The translations under genes were made by a program, and so were the position numbers. Source: Azolla caroliniana (Eukaryota; Plantae; Polypodiophyta). From it: a DNA stretch of 64,000 bases. The notes below the pieces were generated by a model that did not search any database, was not told where the DNA came from, and saw only the letters and a list, made by a program, of their open reading frames with translations. The stretch lies in assembly GCA_043228905.1 (NCBI GenBank), contig JBHGNT010000002.1, positions 20,088,001 to 20,152,000 of the forward strand. Reading direction: 5' to 3'. Positions 45,701 through 60,417 of this stretch are shown in pieces. Each line of letters begins with the position of its first letter. The first letter of the stretch is position 1.

Positions 45701-48700
45701 ACCTTATTTGTAGTGTCTTATAGAATGCAAAAGCTTTGCAATTTTAAGTATAAGGGTGGTTGTAGCAATATGCCTCCCAAATGGATCCATCCATCATAAT
45801 TATGTATTCATTACCTATAAGGTGCATACAAATGATGGAATTGCCAAATCATCAAACTAGTTTTGTCATTTATCCTGCATGAATGGGAGTTGGCACAACC
45901 TCTCAAGCAATTGGACTGAACACCGTTGACCACACATGTACACTAAGTATCTCAAGCATTGGTGAACATGGTTGAGATTGAACAAGCAGAAGAAGCTAAA
46001 ATGCTTCTACAATGATAGTGTTGTTTAATTTCTTAACCAATACACTCCCTTTTATAATACAAATGGATGTATGCAATAAAATGTTTTTCCAAGGATCTTT
46101 AATCCGATAGTTTGGCTAGGTTATAAGGAAACACGTCATTTTTTGGTGCAAGAAATATTGTTTGTCAAGTGATGCATGAAGAATTGGTGCGATTGTTGCA
46201 AAAGTTAACTTTCAATTGCGATAACACAAGAAAAATATGGCACGCACCAAATGCATTTATGAAGGCCTAATATAGATTTTATGTAAAGGAGTAAGTAGAT
46301 AGAACTTATGATTAGGATTTTAGCTTAACATCCTCCGAGAAATTTACATCTCTCTTATCAAAATTCTTTATTTCTTAGATGAACTAGGTACAAGTCAAGT
46401 GTAAATGGCATGCATCTTTTTGGGCGAATTAGGACAATGTTGTGTATTGGGTCTGATTGAAGGAGCAATTTTCTATATTAGTAGTCCCTTGCCTCTAAAT
46501 TAAAATGTGGGATCATGTATGAAATGAATGCCAACCTACAAGAAGCATAGACCAACAAAAAACAATGAACATTTGTGTTTAATAAGACTTCCCGAATTCT
46601 TGTATTGAAACGATTATTATTATTTTGTGTAGCTCTATGTGAAGAAAATAATTCATCATCATTAATTGTCTCTAGTTCGAATATAGGAGATGTTAGTGAA
46701 GAAAATAATTCATTAGAATTAGTTGCATATGTTTTCGTATCATGTGCAACCCAATTGCCCTAATATACATTAATAGCAAGTACATGCCACAATCCCCAAT
46801 TTCCCATAAAATAACATTGGAGTATCATTGTTTTGTGAGCATAAATCCTAACGTCGGTGTTCTCTACAAACAAGAAAATTCCTGTCACATCATATCAAAT
46901 AAAGATTGTCAATATGGAAAGTAATTTATGGTTAAGTCTTAAGTTTTAACTGTTGCTTTTCACAATTTTATCTTAATCGATGATTATTTTCTAGTGGTAT
47001 TCGAGAATGCCAGAATTTATGTGCATGCTCATGTACATAAAAATACCATACAAAAAAGGTCAGCAAATCAAATATTACATGAACTTGAACAGTGATTCCC
47101 AATCGATAATAAGAATCAAAACAAAACATCCAGCATGTGGTAAAGTGAACATTCGCTTCGATTACAACGTTCCATTTTGGTTTTAGAAATGTGAATTATG
47201 ACAATACAGTTTTTGGTTGACATCCCTTGTTGGATTGTAATGTTTTGGGAAAGACCAATGTATATTTAAAGACATTGTTTCACAAATGTTGATACCTTAT
47301 CTTACTATTAAGTTAGAATGTGATTGTACGAACATATACAATAATGACTCTCTATACAAAGTTTCAAAAGTTATGGCATTTAGACGACAAGTGTAAAAAT
47401 AAATTCTATTTTTTTTGGGTGATGATGGAGCACTCAATAAATTCAAGAAGTGTCAAGAAAATTGAACAATTTGAATGCAATCAAACATCAACAACCCCTC
47501 CCTATGCAACATTCCCTTGTTGGGCCAATGCATTTTCCTTTCTGTTTGTGTGGAAATATATATGAGTGAGTATGGAGGTATCTCTGGATGCATGTGTGTT
47601 GTCCAAGAAAGAGAATGTTGTATTGTAATAGGCCCGTGATCTTCATGGACATGGGGAAGAAATATCCTTGATCTTTGAGCAAGATATAAATGATGGTTGT
47701 GCTAAACCTAGGAAAAGGTCTCATATTTAAGCAAGTTATACGTGCCATTTATTTTATGTACACATTTATTGGGTGATGTAAGGTCTTGACAACATTTCGA
47801 GTTTGTTTAAATCCCATATAGCAACCGGGAATCTTAACAAGAGTAAGATGGACAACACACAATTTAGGGTCTTGAGATTGAATGTTTCCTAGATGGTACC
47901 TTCGTCAAGTTCTAGTTTTGATTGTTATGTATGAGAAAATGTTAACTTCTTGGGGCTTTTGCATTTGACAATCCTTGTTAAGAATGCATGCTTTGATTTC
48001 AATTGAAAACATCCCCTTAATCAGAATTTGGAAGATTTTTGTTTTTGCTTGACCATCGCTATATAAGCATAGAAGTTGCACATCATTGTGTGCGGTGACA
48101 CGCGCATGTGGGAATAAGAGATGAGCTTGTGCTCAACCTCATTCACTAATCACTAGCTTTTTTGAAGATCGTATGTTGAATGATGGAAAAATCGGATCAG
48201 GGTCGGGATATTGAATTCCATGTATCCATGTGGGCACAATCATAGTATGTGTATGACATGTGTGGGAAAGGTCGAAAGAGAATGTTGGGTGCTAGTCCAA
48301 TTCAAAGAAAGGGAGAGGGAGGGGGGGAGGGATTAGGAAGGAAGAAAGGTATCATGAGAAGAGAGAAAAGGAGGTTTGGAGAAGCTTGCAAATTCCAAGA
48401 GATAATAGCAAGAGTCAACTAAAAGGTTTGATTAGAATGAGAAGGTATAATCATGAAGAAGTGGGTGTTTTTAAGTTTTACCGTCCAAGGGTGATGATGT
48501 CGAATCATGATAGATTCGGAGTAAAAAGGGAAGAAAAAGAGGAAGTAAGAAGAAGGAAAAGAAAAGAAGGGAAGCGGGGTACATGGTAATGAGGAAGACG
48601 AGAGAAGACTCTGACACAAACACACACACACTTACATAGATACACACTTAGATATATGTACACACACCACATGCACACAACACACACACACACACATTTG

Positions 48701-48954
48701 TTTTTTGTATAATAGAGATACACATACACATTTTGTATATCGACATATCTAGTGAAGAAGTAAAGTATATAGACTATAGTTATACATAACACACAAACAA
48801 ACAATCCGTACACCCTAAAGGTCTAGGGGGAGAGAGAGAGAGAGAGAGAGAGCACATCAATATCCATTCAAAATTCCATGCAATACTTTTTTGCTTTTTG
48901 CTTTTTGTGCTTGAAACATTTGGAGTTTAGTGTGTACATATTCTTCTTCTTCTT

Positions 48955-48985
<31 letters not shown>

Positions 48986-49219
48986 AAAACCTTCATGTGA
49001 GGTGGGTCCTCATCATATGTGTGTGTGTGGAATTCTCTTGTTCATTCCTTTGTTTCTTTTTTCTTTTTGTTCATCATCATCATCAGACTCTCTGCCATCC
49101 AATCCATCTCATTCATCAACTTCTTCTTGTCATTCAGAAGAATCTCTCTGTACCTTTTTCTTTCTTCCTTCTTCTTCTTCTTCTTCATCATCATCATGCA
49201 TGTGTAAGTGACCAACAAC

Positions 49220-49265
<46 letters not shown>

Positions 49266-50782
49266 ATATGTGTATATCATTGATTCTCTCATAGGTATTA
49301 TCTATGTCAAATTTGTGAGCTATTATATCTATCTATCACACGTGACTCAAAGTATACTAGACGAATAATGATTCCTTCTTCTTTTTCTTTTTTCCTCAAT
49401 GGGCTGACCCTAGCGATAAGATAAGCTATTAGGCTATGAACAAAGCATCTATCATGGGTTCAACTCCTTACTTTCACGCATATATTTGTTACACTATATG
49501 TCACACTCTCTTTCAATTCCTTACTTCCATACATCCATCTTTCACACATGTTGGTTACACCATATATCCCTTCTCGTGAACTCATATCCCACCTCGGTGT
49601 ATTGGACTAACAACATCGCCATCTCCACACATTGGACACATCCATCTCAATTATGTCTTGATTGACTTCTCCTAAACAACATGTGACATTGGCCCATCAA
49701 AACTAACGATCTCGCGAGCATAGAATCCTTAGAGCATTATGTACATCCAACTCAATTATAATCTTGTTGACATTATGGCAATTCTTATGAATTTGACACA
49801 TTCATATATTAGATTATGACTTGATTCACTTCTCCCAAATACATGTGGTATCACCCCATCAAAACTAATGATCTCATGATCTCACAGTCATCATCGCATT
49901 TTATACATCCATCTCAATTATAATCTCATTCGCATGGCTTTGTCTTTTTTTTGTCTAGTGTTGCATGTGAGTTTTATGTGTAAAATGCTATCCATGAATA
50001 GAGTTAATTCCTTTCACAATTTTTAAAGACTACGAGAGTAACCACGTTTGAACTATGGCCCCTTGAGAGCCGGTACATTCCACATAGGTGTAACGAACCA
50101 TAGATGTCATGGTTAGTTGACACTTCTTGTAGACCACATGCCACATTAATGCATCGAATTAACGACATCCTAGTATTGGATTGGGCCCCAACCACAATAT
50201 GCCCACATTAGAGATCACGACTAAACTTGACCGACAATACATATATGTATAGTCAAGTCATTCAAGCCGCTTGAGACAATTTTAGTTTTGAAACCCTACA
50301 ATGGCTTTAGTTTACCCAACATCTTTAAATATACTAGAGCTGCACTACTCTTTTAAGGTTTCAAGCTTAGTTAGTAGTAGCAACCAAAGATGTTGTGTGT
50401 CAAAATCTGTTTAGTTTATGTATATTAGCTAACACTAGTGGCAACTGATTTTGTCTTGACAATGTGGAGTCCACGGATCAAACGACATGGCAAGCTTTTG
50501 GGATCGGTGATTACAAGACATTGAAAGTGCCACGATCAAAATTATGTTCAGCAAAACATGTAATTTGCAAGCCCACAAGGGAAACAAAGCATCTGGATTA
50601 ATTACAAAGCGCCAGAAGTACTATGATTAAGAAACATACATGCATACATATGTGTGTGTGTGTGTATGTGTGATCATGAACAAACAATGTGAAAGGTTGC
50701 CAGTAATGAATCACATATATGTATGTATATATATATGTATAGAGAGAGAGGGAGAGAGAGAGGGAGGGATTAGAATCCTTAA

Positions 50783-53175
50783 TTAAATGTAGACTTGTTG
50801 ATCGTCTCTATATGCGGAGAATTTGAACCACATTGGTGTGCTGGTAGGTGTAGTAGTAGGGGTAGTAGTAGTAGTAGTAGTAGCTAATTGAGGGAGGGGG
50901 GCGTGATTATGATTGTTACTCTTAATCACATTGTTAAGCTGGTTGCAGGTTGAGTTGCTTATAATGGTATTAGGACCTTTGATTACGATAACATTGGTGT
51001 TATGATGGTGGTGATGATGGCTGCTGTCGATCTTCGTATTGTTAATGTTAATGTTTTTGTTGTTAAGGTTAACATGGCGATGATGTTTGATCATGGATTC
51101 CACGGCATGGACATCCCCTCCATCATCATCTCCATCACCATCACCATCACCATCACCATCGTTCCCTGCAAAATTACCTGCTCCACAGTGGCTCCTCCCC
51201 TTCTTCTGTTCGGAGATGCCATGGACGGAATCCGAAGCCGAAGCCAAAGCCGAAGCCGAAGCCGGCCGTTTCTTCTCAGGATTATGCATGGATTGCATCA
51301 ACGGAACTCCGAAGAGCTTCGGCGGGTGGTCACAGCTAGGATTCCCTGCATCCATTCTAAGATTAATATCATCCACATTACTACTGAGTGCTTGAGCACT
51401 ACTATTCTCATGACACATCTGATTGCCAGGGTGAGCTGTAACAATGGATTGGTTGACATGACCACTTCTAGGATTCCTAGGTTGGGGGCTAATTGTGGCA
51501 CCAACATTTTCCCCACTGCTTGTGGTGGCATGATTGATCAAATTCTTGTCATGTCTAGTGCTCGCAGTAGCGGCGCAGCTTATGCTGGCCGGCGGCATAA
51601 TCATCGCTGCCATAGTTAGGGGTGCTGCATTGCTTGGTATACCTGCTACTGATGGCCCATTGATTGATGATGATGAAGTAGGAGGAGGAGGAGGAGGAGG
51701 AGGAGGTTTGGTCACATGGTGGATATAGAGCAGCACATCATGGTAGAGCTTCTTCACGCGAGAGAGCTCCGCGAGCAGCACCATGTTATCTCGACGAAGC
51801 TGCTCATTCTCGTCCACCGGCAACAACAAGGGCAGGCCACCTAATCTATCTATATTCTTACTACCATACCCACCTGCATTGGTGTGGCCAGCCAACATGT
51901 TCATGGCACACATGTTGTTGTCCGGCCGCCGGACAAAGCTCGACCCGGCCATCGTGGTAGGGGCACCACCTTGTTGTACCAACATACTATTCATTTGTGC
52001 ACCACTCATACAACTACTTATGGCCACATTGCTACTACCACTACTACTACTATTACTACCACCACTACTGCAAGAATTGTTGTTGATATCATGAGTGCCG
52101 CCACAGCTAGCATTCGCTCGAGGCACGAGTGCACGATGAGGTGGTGTGGCCGACGGCGACATTGGTGATGTAGATGGCGATGCATTGTTGTTAAGTCGGG
52201 ATTCGGCCCACATTGCCGCGTGGAGATGGTGGGGAGAAGGATTTTGATATTGGTATTGGTATTGGTATTGGTATTGATGGTCACTCGGCGCAATGTCATA
52301 GTAGAGTAAGTGTTGGAAATCCTTTGTGATGCCTCCGGGTCCCCCCGAATTGGCGGGTGTGGAGCCACTCCCGCCACGGCTTATGTAGCTTATATTGGCT
52401 CCGGCCAGCGGAGTGCTGCTACTGCTCTTTCTCCGCTGTATCTCGCACAGTAGATGCCGCTCCCCTTTCCGGAAGAACTCGTTCGCAAATTCCCATCTAT
52501 CCGGCACAACCTTCCTAAACCCCTATAAACACAAACATTCACACACACACACACACAATGTTTAGATTAAATCAAGATGGATCCATATGAATTTTTGATT
52601 GACATGGGGATTTGTTGCTCTCTCTCTCTTGCACTACTCATTTTTGGTTTTTCGGTGTAATGGCAGTGATTGAGGAGGGAGGGATGTCCCCTTACATAGG
52701 TGTTGAGCTGCCTGACAAAGCTGGAGAAGTTGTTGTGCTTGAAGTAGTTGGGGAGGACGTCCCTAGCGAACTCGGGAGGCCGCCACACCACGAACGAACA
52801 CGACATTGTGGCCGTGGCCGTGGCCGACCGATTGTTATGCGGATCATCATTATCATCATGGTCATGGTCATGGTCATGGGCCACAGTCCCCGGCCCCCAT
52901 GACACAATGTGGTCACTCGACGGCTCGTCCACGAGCTCGTACGTCTTTGTGAGGAATGGGGGAGGCATGGAGCGGCCTGCCCCCACGGACATAAGCTCCA
53001 CCGCGGCCTCGCCCAGCGACACCCCGGAGTCACCACCACCTCCACCTTCGTTGTCGTTGTTTTCGCTAATCCTAGTGTCGTTAATAATGCCGTAATTCTT
53101 GTTGTTAATGTTGTTCGCGCCGTAATTGTATGGACTTGCATGATGATCATATTGTAGCTTTGTTAATAAATCCAT
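50783..53175 (-). CDS. Class B heat-shock transcription factor, HsfB4/SCHIZORIZA-like; exons 53175-52696 and 52522-50783; 739 aa
   Basis: HSF DNA-binding domain [13 protein letters not shown]...[33 protein letters not shown]|[32 protein letters not shown] with the conserved HSF intron (GT...AG, 52695-52523, phase 0); compact [29 protein letters not shown]; KLFGV repressor motif; KKR NLS; no AHA motif. Confidence 0.95.
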
Positions 53176-56097
53176 GGAAGAGACCGGTGTCTACCTAGAT
53201 CTCTCTGTCTCAAGCTGTTTTTTTTTTTGTGTGTGTGTGTGTGTGTGTGTTGATAAGAGTATGATCTTAAGAAGAGGAATGAAGGAGGGACATTGGGGAG
53301 GTTTTTTAGTAGTGTGGTTATAAGAAGAAAGAAGAACAGAGGAGAAATGGGATGGTGAAAAGCCTGTTATATATTCTCTCCCTAGACACAAGAGAGAGAG
53401 AGAGAGAGAGAGGAAATTGCTTTTCAATACTGTAGAAGAAGAAGAAGAAGAAGAAGAGATGATTCTAGAAAGAAAGCTGAAAAGGGAAAAGCAAGGATTT
53501 GAGAGAGAAGAGAGACAGGGACCATTTATTTTTAAAATGGAATGATAGACAATGGCTCCATAGTGGAGAGAAACTTGTGCCTAAGGCACGAGATCTTTGG
53601 AGACTACGAGGTCGTGAGTTCGATTACACCAAAAATTCGACCACCTTGGCGGAGGAGGGATTCATTGTATAAGCTTGATTCGGAAATTTGTCTTTGAGAA
53701 CATGAACAACCCGTGTGAATACAGATATCCATGCCTTAATGTAGTTTGTGTGGACACAACTCAAACTCATAAGTCAGAGGTTGTGAAGCACAAGCACACA
53801 TATGTATGTGTGTGTTCTCGATATATGTTCTTTTGTGAGTGAGTTCCTTGAGGTGACTCGTGAGTTGCGAGAGGAGAATGAAGAGGCTCATAATCTTGGT
53901 GTCCAAACCCTGGAAAAACTATTACCTTTTATTGGAGAATGAAGGTGTGCACAAAGTTTGATCAAGGCCATGCCAAATGTACAAATTCTCTATTGTATTT
54001 TACTCGATTAAAATGTTACTTCACATGTTAATGTTTTTTTTATATATTGACATTATGTCTTATTATGCATTGGTTTAGGAGCCCAAAGTACACATCGTTC
54101 CACCAAAGAGGAAGAGGATGATGTAATTAGCTATGAATGCATAAAATGGTTGTTAATATCAATCAAGATACCAAAGAATATGACAAGACCTCTCATCATC
54201 ACCTTGGCACCTTATTAAGCTTTTTAAAGTATTCAGGGAGCAAAGGGGTGCACATACTTGGTTAAAGCCATGCTAAATGCAATAGGATCTATCACATGCT
54301 ACTAGAATATATTAGATCACATAAAAAGTTAATGTTCTCTAGGGAGTTACAACTATGTTTCAATATACAACAGTTTTGGACCTACCCTCGTGAAGATATA
54401 TAAATTTGTTAAAAGACAATGTAAACTATCGAGCATCTAACAATAATTGTCATATCGATGACAAGATGTCTATTATTGTTGAGTCGTCGATCGATCCTAT
54501 CACTAAATTATCATATTCACCTTTAGGCAATTAATGCATAAAACATAAGGGTCCATGTAATGTTCTGGATCGTACATGTTGTTATGTAATGAAGTGCATC
54601 AATTTCATCTGTATTCAAAGCTCAATAAGAGTTGTTTTGTACAATACGTTCCAATGTATATCTTGTTTATGGATAGAAACATAAATCATTGGGGATCATC
54701 ATCGTAAGGTTTATTGCTTGAAACATAAAAAAGAAGCAACAAACTTGATGTCCAACATGTGATTGGATATTACAACCAACAATATGCCTAATAGATAATA
54801 GTGCCATTAAAAAACATAACAACCAACTAGTGCATTATGGTATGTGGACTTCATAGATATTTCTAGTTTTGGAGCCTTTTTTGGAGCCTTGTCATGGTTA
54901 TTTAGACATTCCATAGTTGGTTTTGCAATGCAATAAATGAAATTGCATTTACTAGGTGTTACATAATGTACATACATATATACATACACATAGTACACAC
55001 CTATGTGCACACATACATACACACACATATGGATACATGCTACCATGTATGATTGATACTTCTTATGTGTGGAGCAACTAAATTAGCAATGAATTGAGAG
55101 GAAATATCATAGATTCATATATGTATATGGTTATATTATGTTGTAATAACAATTTATTTATCTTGTTCGGAGGAGGGACCCTTATTTATCTCTTTTTTTC
55201 CAAACACATTAGCTACCCATTAGTTAGGAAGAACCCTCATGTATCTTACCTTATATGTGGATGCTCTACTATTTGAGCAGAAATCTTTTCTGCCCTACCC
55301 TAGAAAGGAAATTTCCCTCTTTCGAAAATTTGATGGAGAGAATACAAAATCATAATTTCAGGACATTCCCTTACATTTATTTCAAGACTATATTATCCAT
55401 TATCTCGTTGCTAAACTTATTTGTGTACTCTGATCAATTTAAGACTTGATCAACTCCTTATCACCGTTTATAATTAATAATATAAGCACCATCACATGAA
55501 GATTGATAAAATAAGTAAGGTATTGAATTACATTCCTAGTTGACAAAAGTTCTCTAACCATCATGTTCACCATATGTGATGGGGCCAAACTGTCAAAGCA
55601 TAGACTATTCAAATTCAAAGCAGTAGTGCACCTACCCTATTCATACTACTAACTACATACATTTCCATTAGCCACACTTTCAAAATGACCAGTCAACATG
55701 TGTGTCCTTATAGACTTTAGAAAGCCAGGTTTAACTTATGTAATAGGATATCTAGCTCTAGTTACAATGATACACCTTCGGTTATGATCTATGCCATAAT
55801 TGTCTACGTCATGGGTGCCGCACAATCTTTGAACCTCTAGAACCCAAAGTCATGTTTTAACTTTTAAAGTAACTATGATTGCTATGAATTTTGCCATGGT
55901 TAAAATTCTCCCAAAGTGACATACAATTCCTTCCTATTTGTACCAATACTTTGAAAAAGAAGAATTATTGATTTTTTATTAAATCTGAACTAACATTTAG
56001 ATAGATGAATTCAATAGATACATATGATCTATGTATTTATGAAGCATAAATCACCTTAGTAGGTGAGAATTTTGAAGCATCCAAATGGTAATAATAT

Positions 56098-56128
<31 letters not shown>

Positions 56129-56532
56129 TGCAGATAGAGAATGTTGAAAGATAATTTTGAAAGAGGGGGATCCATATATTTATGAAACATAAATCCAAAA
56201 TTCCATACATTGTTCCATGCTCCTTAACATGTGAGAATTTTGAAGCATCGCAATGGTACTAATATGCACGCACGCGCACACACACATGCAAATAGAGAGG
56301 GGGCAAAGGTTGAAAGAGAATCAATGAAATGCCGAAACGACCCATGAGACCAAATAAACTACATATAATGGGCCAATTGTTAAAATATAGAATAAGAAGA
56401 AATTGTAACAAGTGATAGCCAATCAAATATGCCAAGTAGAACTACAAAAACAAATAACCTAATGCACTTCACAACCCTCTCCATGGACACATGATCGCAA
56501 TATGAAATGTTTAATCTTAATTCTCAATAAGT

Positions 56533-57231
56533 AGGTGTTATCCAATGGTTGTTAATACATAAGTCACTACCAGTTGGTGCATGGTAGCGTGGGAAGCTCT
56601 CCTAATTGTGGAGCGTGTCCAACTATAGTATAATCAATACGACACGCTCTATGGGATTGCCCAGAGTCCCATCGAATATGGTGGGGGGTTGGCCGCTTAT
56701 TGCAATTATGACAAGTGCAAGGCTCAATCAAGTGGGGGAATGTATGTTGGCTATCATGGCACGCCCCAATTGACAGATATGAGAATCAGGAAGAGGGGAT
56801 GACTTTGGTTATAAAAGCACAAGAGGTTTATTTCTCCACCATCGACAATGTCCACTCAACTCCTATCAATGCCAAATCTCAAGTTGTGTTGGATTTGGTC
56901 AGCTCAATAACTCTTTGGATTCTATGGAAACAACGGGGTAGATGGGTCTTCTCCAACCAAACCGTCCAGCCAATAGTGTTAATGCAAGAGATATGGAGTG
57001 AAGTGGTAGCCACTCTAAAGAGCCAATATGATGGCCTCAAGGGTGACTCCGATAGAGTTGAAAGACAACGACTAACCTTCATCCAACAATGGTCATCCTC
57101 CTCCTTTATTGAGTCGGTGGGCATCCACATAAGATGAACCTATCGTGTCCCTATAGGGATTTGTATATACTAATCTCATCTATAAATTTTTATAACTAAT
57201 GGAAGGAGTTTTCTTTTGGAAAAATAAAAAA
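56533..57231 (+). mobile_element. 5'-truncated LINE copy (same family as 22769-23507)
   Basis: PNCGACP..HALWDCP and ITLWILWKQR motifs; A tail; TSD TCTCAATAAGT at 56522-56532 and 57232-57242. Confidence 0.88.
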
Positions 57232-58118
57232 TCTCAATAAGTGGGAGTGTATATGATGTTTCTATCTTGACTTAAAGAAAATTCATCAAGAAAATGCTTT
57301 TGGAACCCAACATTTGATTTTTTTATCCATCACATATGTTTTCAAATGCATGGTCAACTTCATTCCTTCTTTCCAACAAGGAGTAGCGCAATCATTCCAC
57401 CAATTGTTGGGGAGAACCTAAAGGCCAAAGTTATGTATTTTGAATCTTTTTATTGCTACACTTCAGGAGAATGCTACACTTTGGGAGAACCTCATTATCC
57501 TAGTCAACAAGTTATTGCTCCTTATGGAGAGTTTTCCGAAGTGTAATCCTTCTTTAGGAACTAGTAGCACTCCACTTACTAAGTATAAGAATATCTTCAA
57601 TGACAGTCATAAAGTTTTGTGCTTATAATTATTTGATGAAGTACCACATCATCTACATACATAATGAAAGCATGATTCTATATTGTCAATCTAACCTCTT
57701 CAAAGTGTAACTCTAAGAGAGTTTAAAAAAAGTGTGCATACTTCGTTAACACTAGTAATACTAAAGAAAAGTTCCTAGAATTCCATATCCCATACACCCA
57801 TGAGAGATCATCTACAAACAAATCTTCACTTGGTACTCAAAGGTCTTCTATACATCGGAAGATACCCAAGGGCACCATCTTAAAAGCTATCTTGAAGTCT
57901 ACAAACTAGCAATATAGTCCTCTACCATGTGTGTGTGTGTGTGTGTGTGTGTGTTGAGAGAGAGAGAGACCTATCTTCGAAGAATGTACATACATGAATA
58001 AGGATATTTTAACCTCAACTAGAAAGAGAATAATCTCCCAGGGAGATAGAGAAAGAGAGAGAGGACTCCATCTTCAAGGAATGCACATGTTCATGCATAA
58101 TTTAATCTCCCTCATATG

Positions 58119-58168
<50 letters not shown>

Positions 58169-60221
58169 CATATCCTAAGCATGCACATGCATATGCATAT
58201 TTTCGACCTCATTGACAGGCAAAGTTACTGAGTCATCTCTGAACTTTGATGAGCTTTATGTCAAAACCATTCACATCAAAATATAAGAGGGACAACATAT
58301 AGACATCTTAACATGTTATGAGTTGTGAAATGTTTGCCTTGCATATGGAACTTAAAATACTAAGGTACTTGACACTACATAGTTACCATAACCTTTGATT
58401 CCTTCTATTTGTTATGTACTTTTTCCTACTTTACTCTTTATGCACAAGCTTTCGATAAGCCCTTCCTTTCTTCCACCGTCTCATGTATCATTTATTCCCT
58501 TTGCCCAAGCCTTATTTGCTAATTCTGAAGGCTCCAATTAATGCTCTCTCTCTCTCTCATACACACACACACACACTCACTCACTCACTCATATTTCTAG
58601 ATTGAAAATCTATTGGTTATAATGCAATAGATATTTCTACCTCCAGACTCTTCTGTCTTTAAAGAAGTGTGGGGCTTGGGTAGACGATATTCCATGTGCT
58701 TTCTACTTTTCAAGCTTTATCATAAGGCTTGGAATAAGAGTTTTTTGTCTCGCGTGTTTTTGGATGCTGTTCAAGGGAATAAAACCTCAAGTATCTTGTA
58801 CTCTCCCCAACATATTACATATGTATACATTGTGGCAAACCTCGACACACATTATAAAATCTATGAAAATGTAAGCATTGCGATATCCAAATAAATTCTT
58901 TCTAGCGCGGCCATGTTAAAAGTTATCATGTATTTATGTGTAATTCTTAATGTATTCAAAGTAAATAGATACTCAAGAAGCTCGAGTCTCTACCTAACAT
59001 AAACATGGGCACAACTTTGCACATATTATAGGAACGCCAATTTAAAATAGAGGCACATTTGGTTACAAACATTTTGAGGCTCTACCTAACATAAACATTG
59101 GCACAACGTTGGACATATTATAGGAACACAATTTAAAAAAGAGGCACATTTGGTTACAAACATTTTTTTATCTTCCAAATATGGCAAAAGTCGTTTCATC
59201 GTCTTTCTATTTTTATTAATGAAAAATAGTTACCATTACAACAGAAAAATCACCATAAATTAATGGTCACTCTCTTAATGACTTCTTGTTGAAAGCAATA
59301 CCTTTATATACATAGGTCATTGTCGTCAACATTATTATGAAATATTCATAAAAATTTGTGACACATGGTTTATGTTGTTTGGGAAAAGAATTAGATTGGC
59401 TTTGTGTGCACCATAGTTTAGTTCCTTGTAAAAAGATTGAGTGTAAACTTTTATGAGGCTTTGTAGTTTCCTTCTTTTATGGGTATTAAATATTTAATAA
59501 ACCAAGGGCTACAAGCATAACATGTAGACCTACTTTTTTATGGAATAACTTAGTACAAATTACATGGCATTGTATACATGTGATCCATATATGTATGCAT
59601 ACCATCTACAAAATTGTATGCTCTCAACTATATAGAAACACTTTAAGTGGGTATTGAACAAGATGAGAGGACAAAAAAGTGCTTGAAAGTGAAGATTCTC
59701 TTTTGAATTTCAAATTATATGTTGTTATGCACATTAAGTATTTGTTGGGATGACCATTGTAAAATTATTGCAAGACCTCTACTATTGCACCTATATCCCA
59801 TAAACGAGACAAGCTTACGTAAATGTTTGAGAATTTTGTTTTCGATGTAATGAATCGAAAGTGATGCAAACTAAGCCCCTAGGATATTGTGATGTGATTT
59901 TTAGATGTGCAACTAATAATGATGAATTCAAGTATAAGAGACCTAAGACATGTCATGGATTCATTTTATGATGTTATTCAAGGGACTTAAGTGACCCTTT
60001 TTGAATTTATGTATCTAAGTAACAAGTTACATATTACAAGAGGAGGCTCAAGTGAACACTTGTATCAAGGCACATGTTGTGAATTGAGATGGAGTCTTTC
60101 CAACAATTTGTGTGTTGTAAATTGACCTTAGATAAGGCAAAATATTGGAAATAGGTAGCCTTTTTAATTCCAATCATAGAAAACTATTGTTGTATCTCTA
60201 GAGAGAGAGAGAGAGATAGAG

Positions 60222-60279
<58 letters not shown>

Positions 60280-60417
60280 GCCATGTGGTCATTACTTCGA
60301 GAATCGATACATGTATTCAACATTTTTAAGAGAGGTGATATAGAGATTATTAAATGTGTGAAAGTAAGGATTTGGACCCAAGACCTTGTGTATTGTTGAA
60401 TGTTAAACAAACATTAG

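Noticed and set aside
45911-45920. TTGGACTGAA, resembling the 5' half of miR319
   Set aside because: The match stops after 10 nt and no complementary hairpin arm is seen
44500-47300. Patchy coding-like sequence, possibly a decayed transposase or pseudogene
   Set aside because: No recognisable motif or sustained frame by eye; a tBLASTn or HMM search is needed
48350-49270. Short ORFs and a possible gene start in a GA/CA/CTT microsatellite cluster
   Set aside because: Low-complexity translations only; no splice or domain support
52567-52695. ORF-track extension of HSF exon 1 (VRGHPSLL...)
   Set aside because: Read-through into the conserved HSF intron (GT at 52695, AG at 52523)
51002-53157. 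Several overlapping antisense and alternative-frame ORFs
   Set aside because: Shadows of the repeat-rich HSF coding sequence
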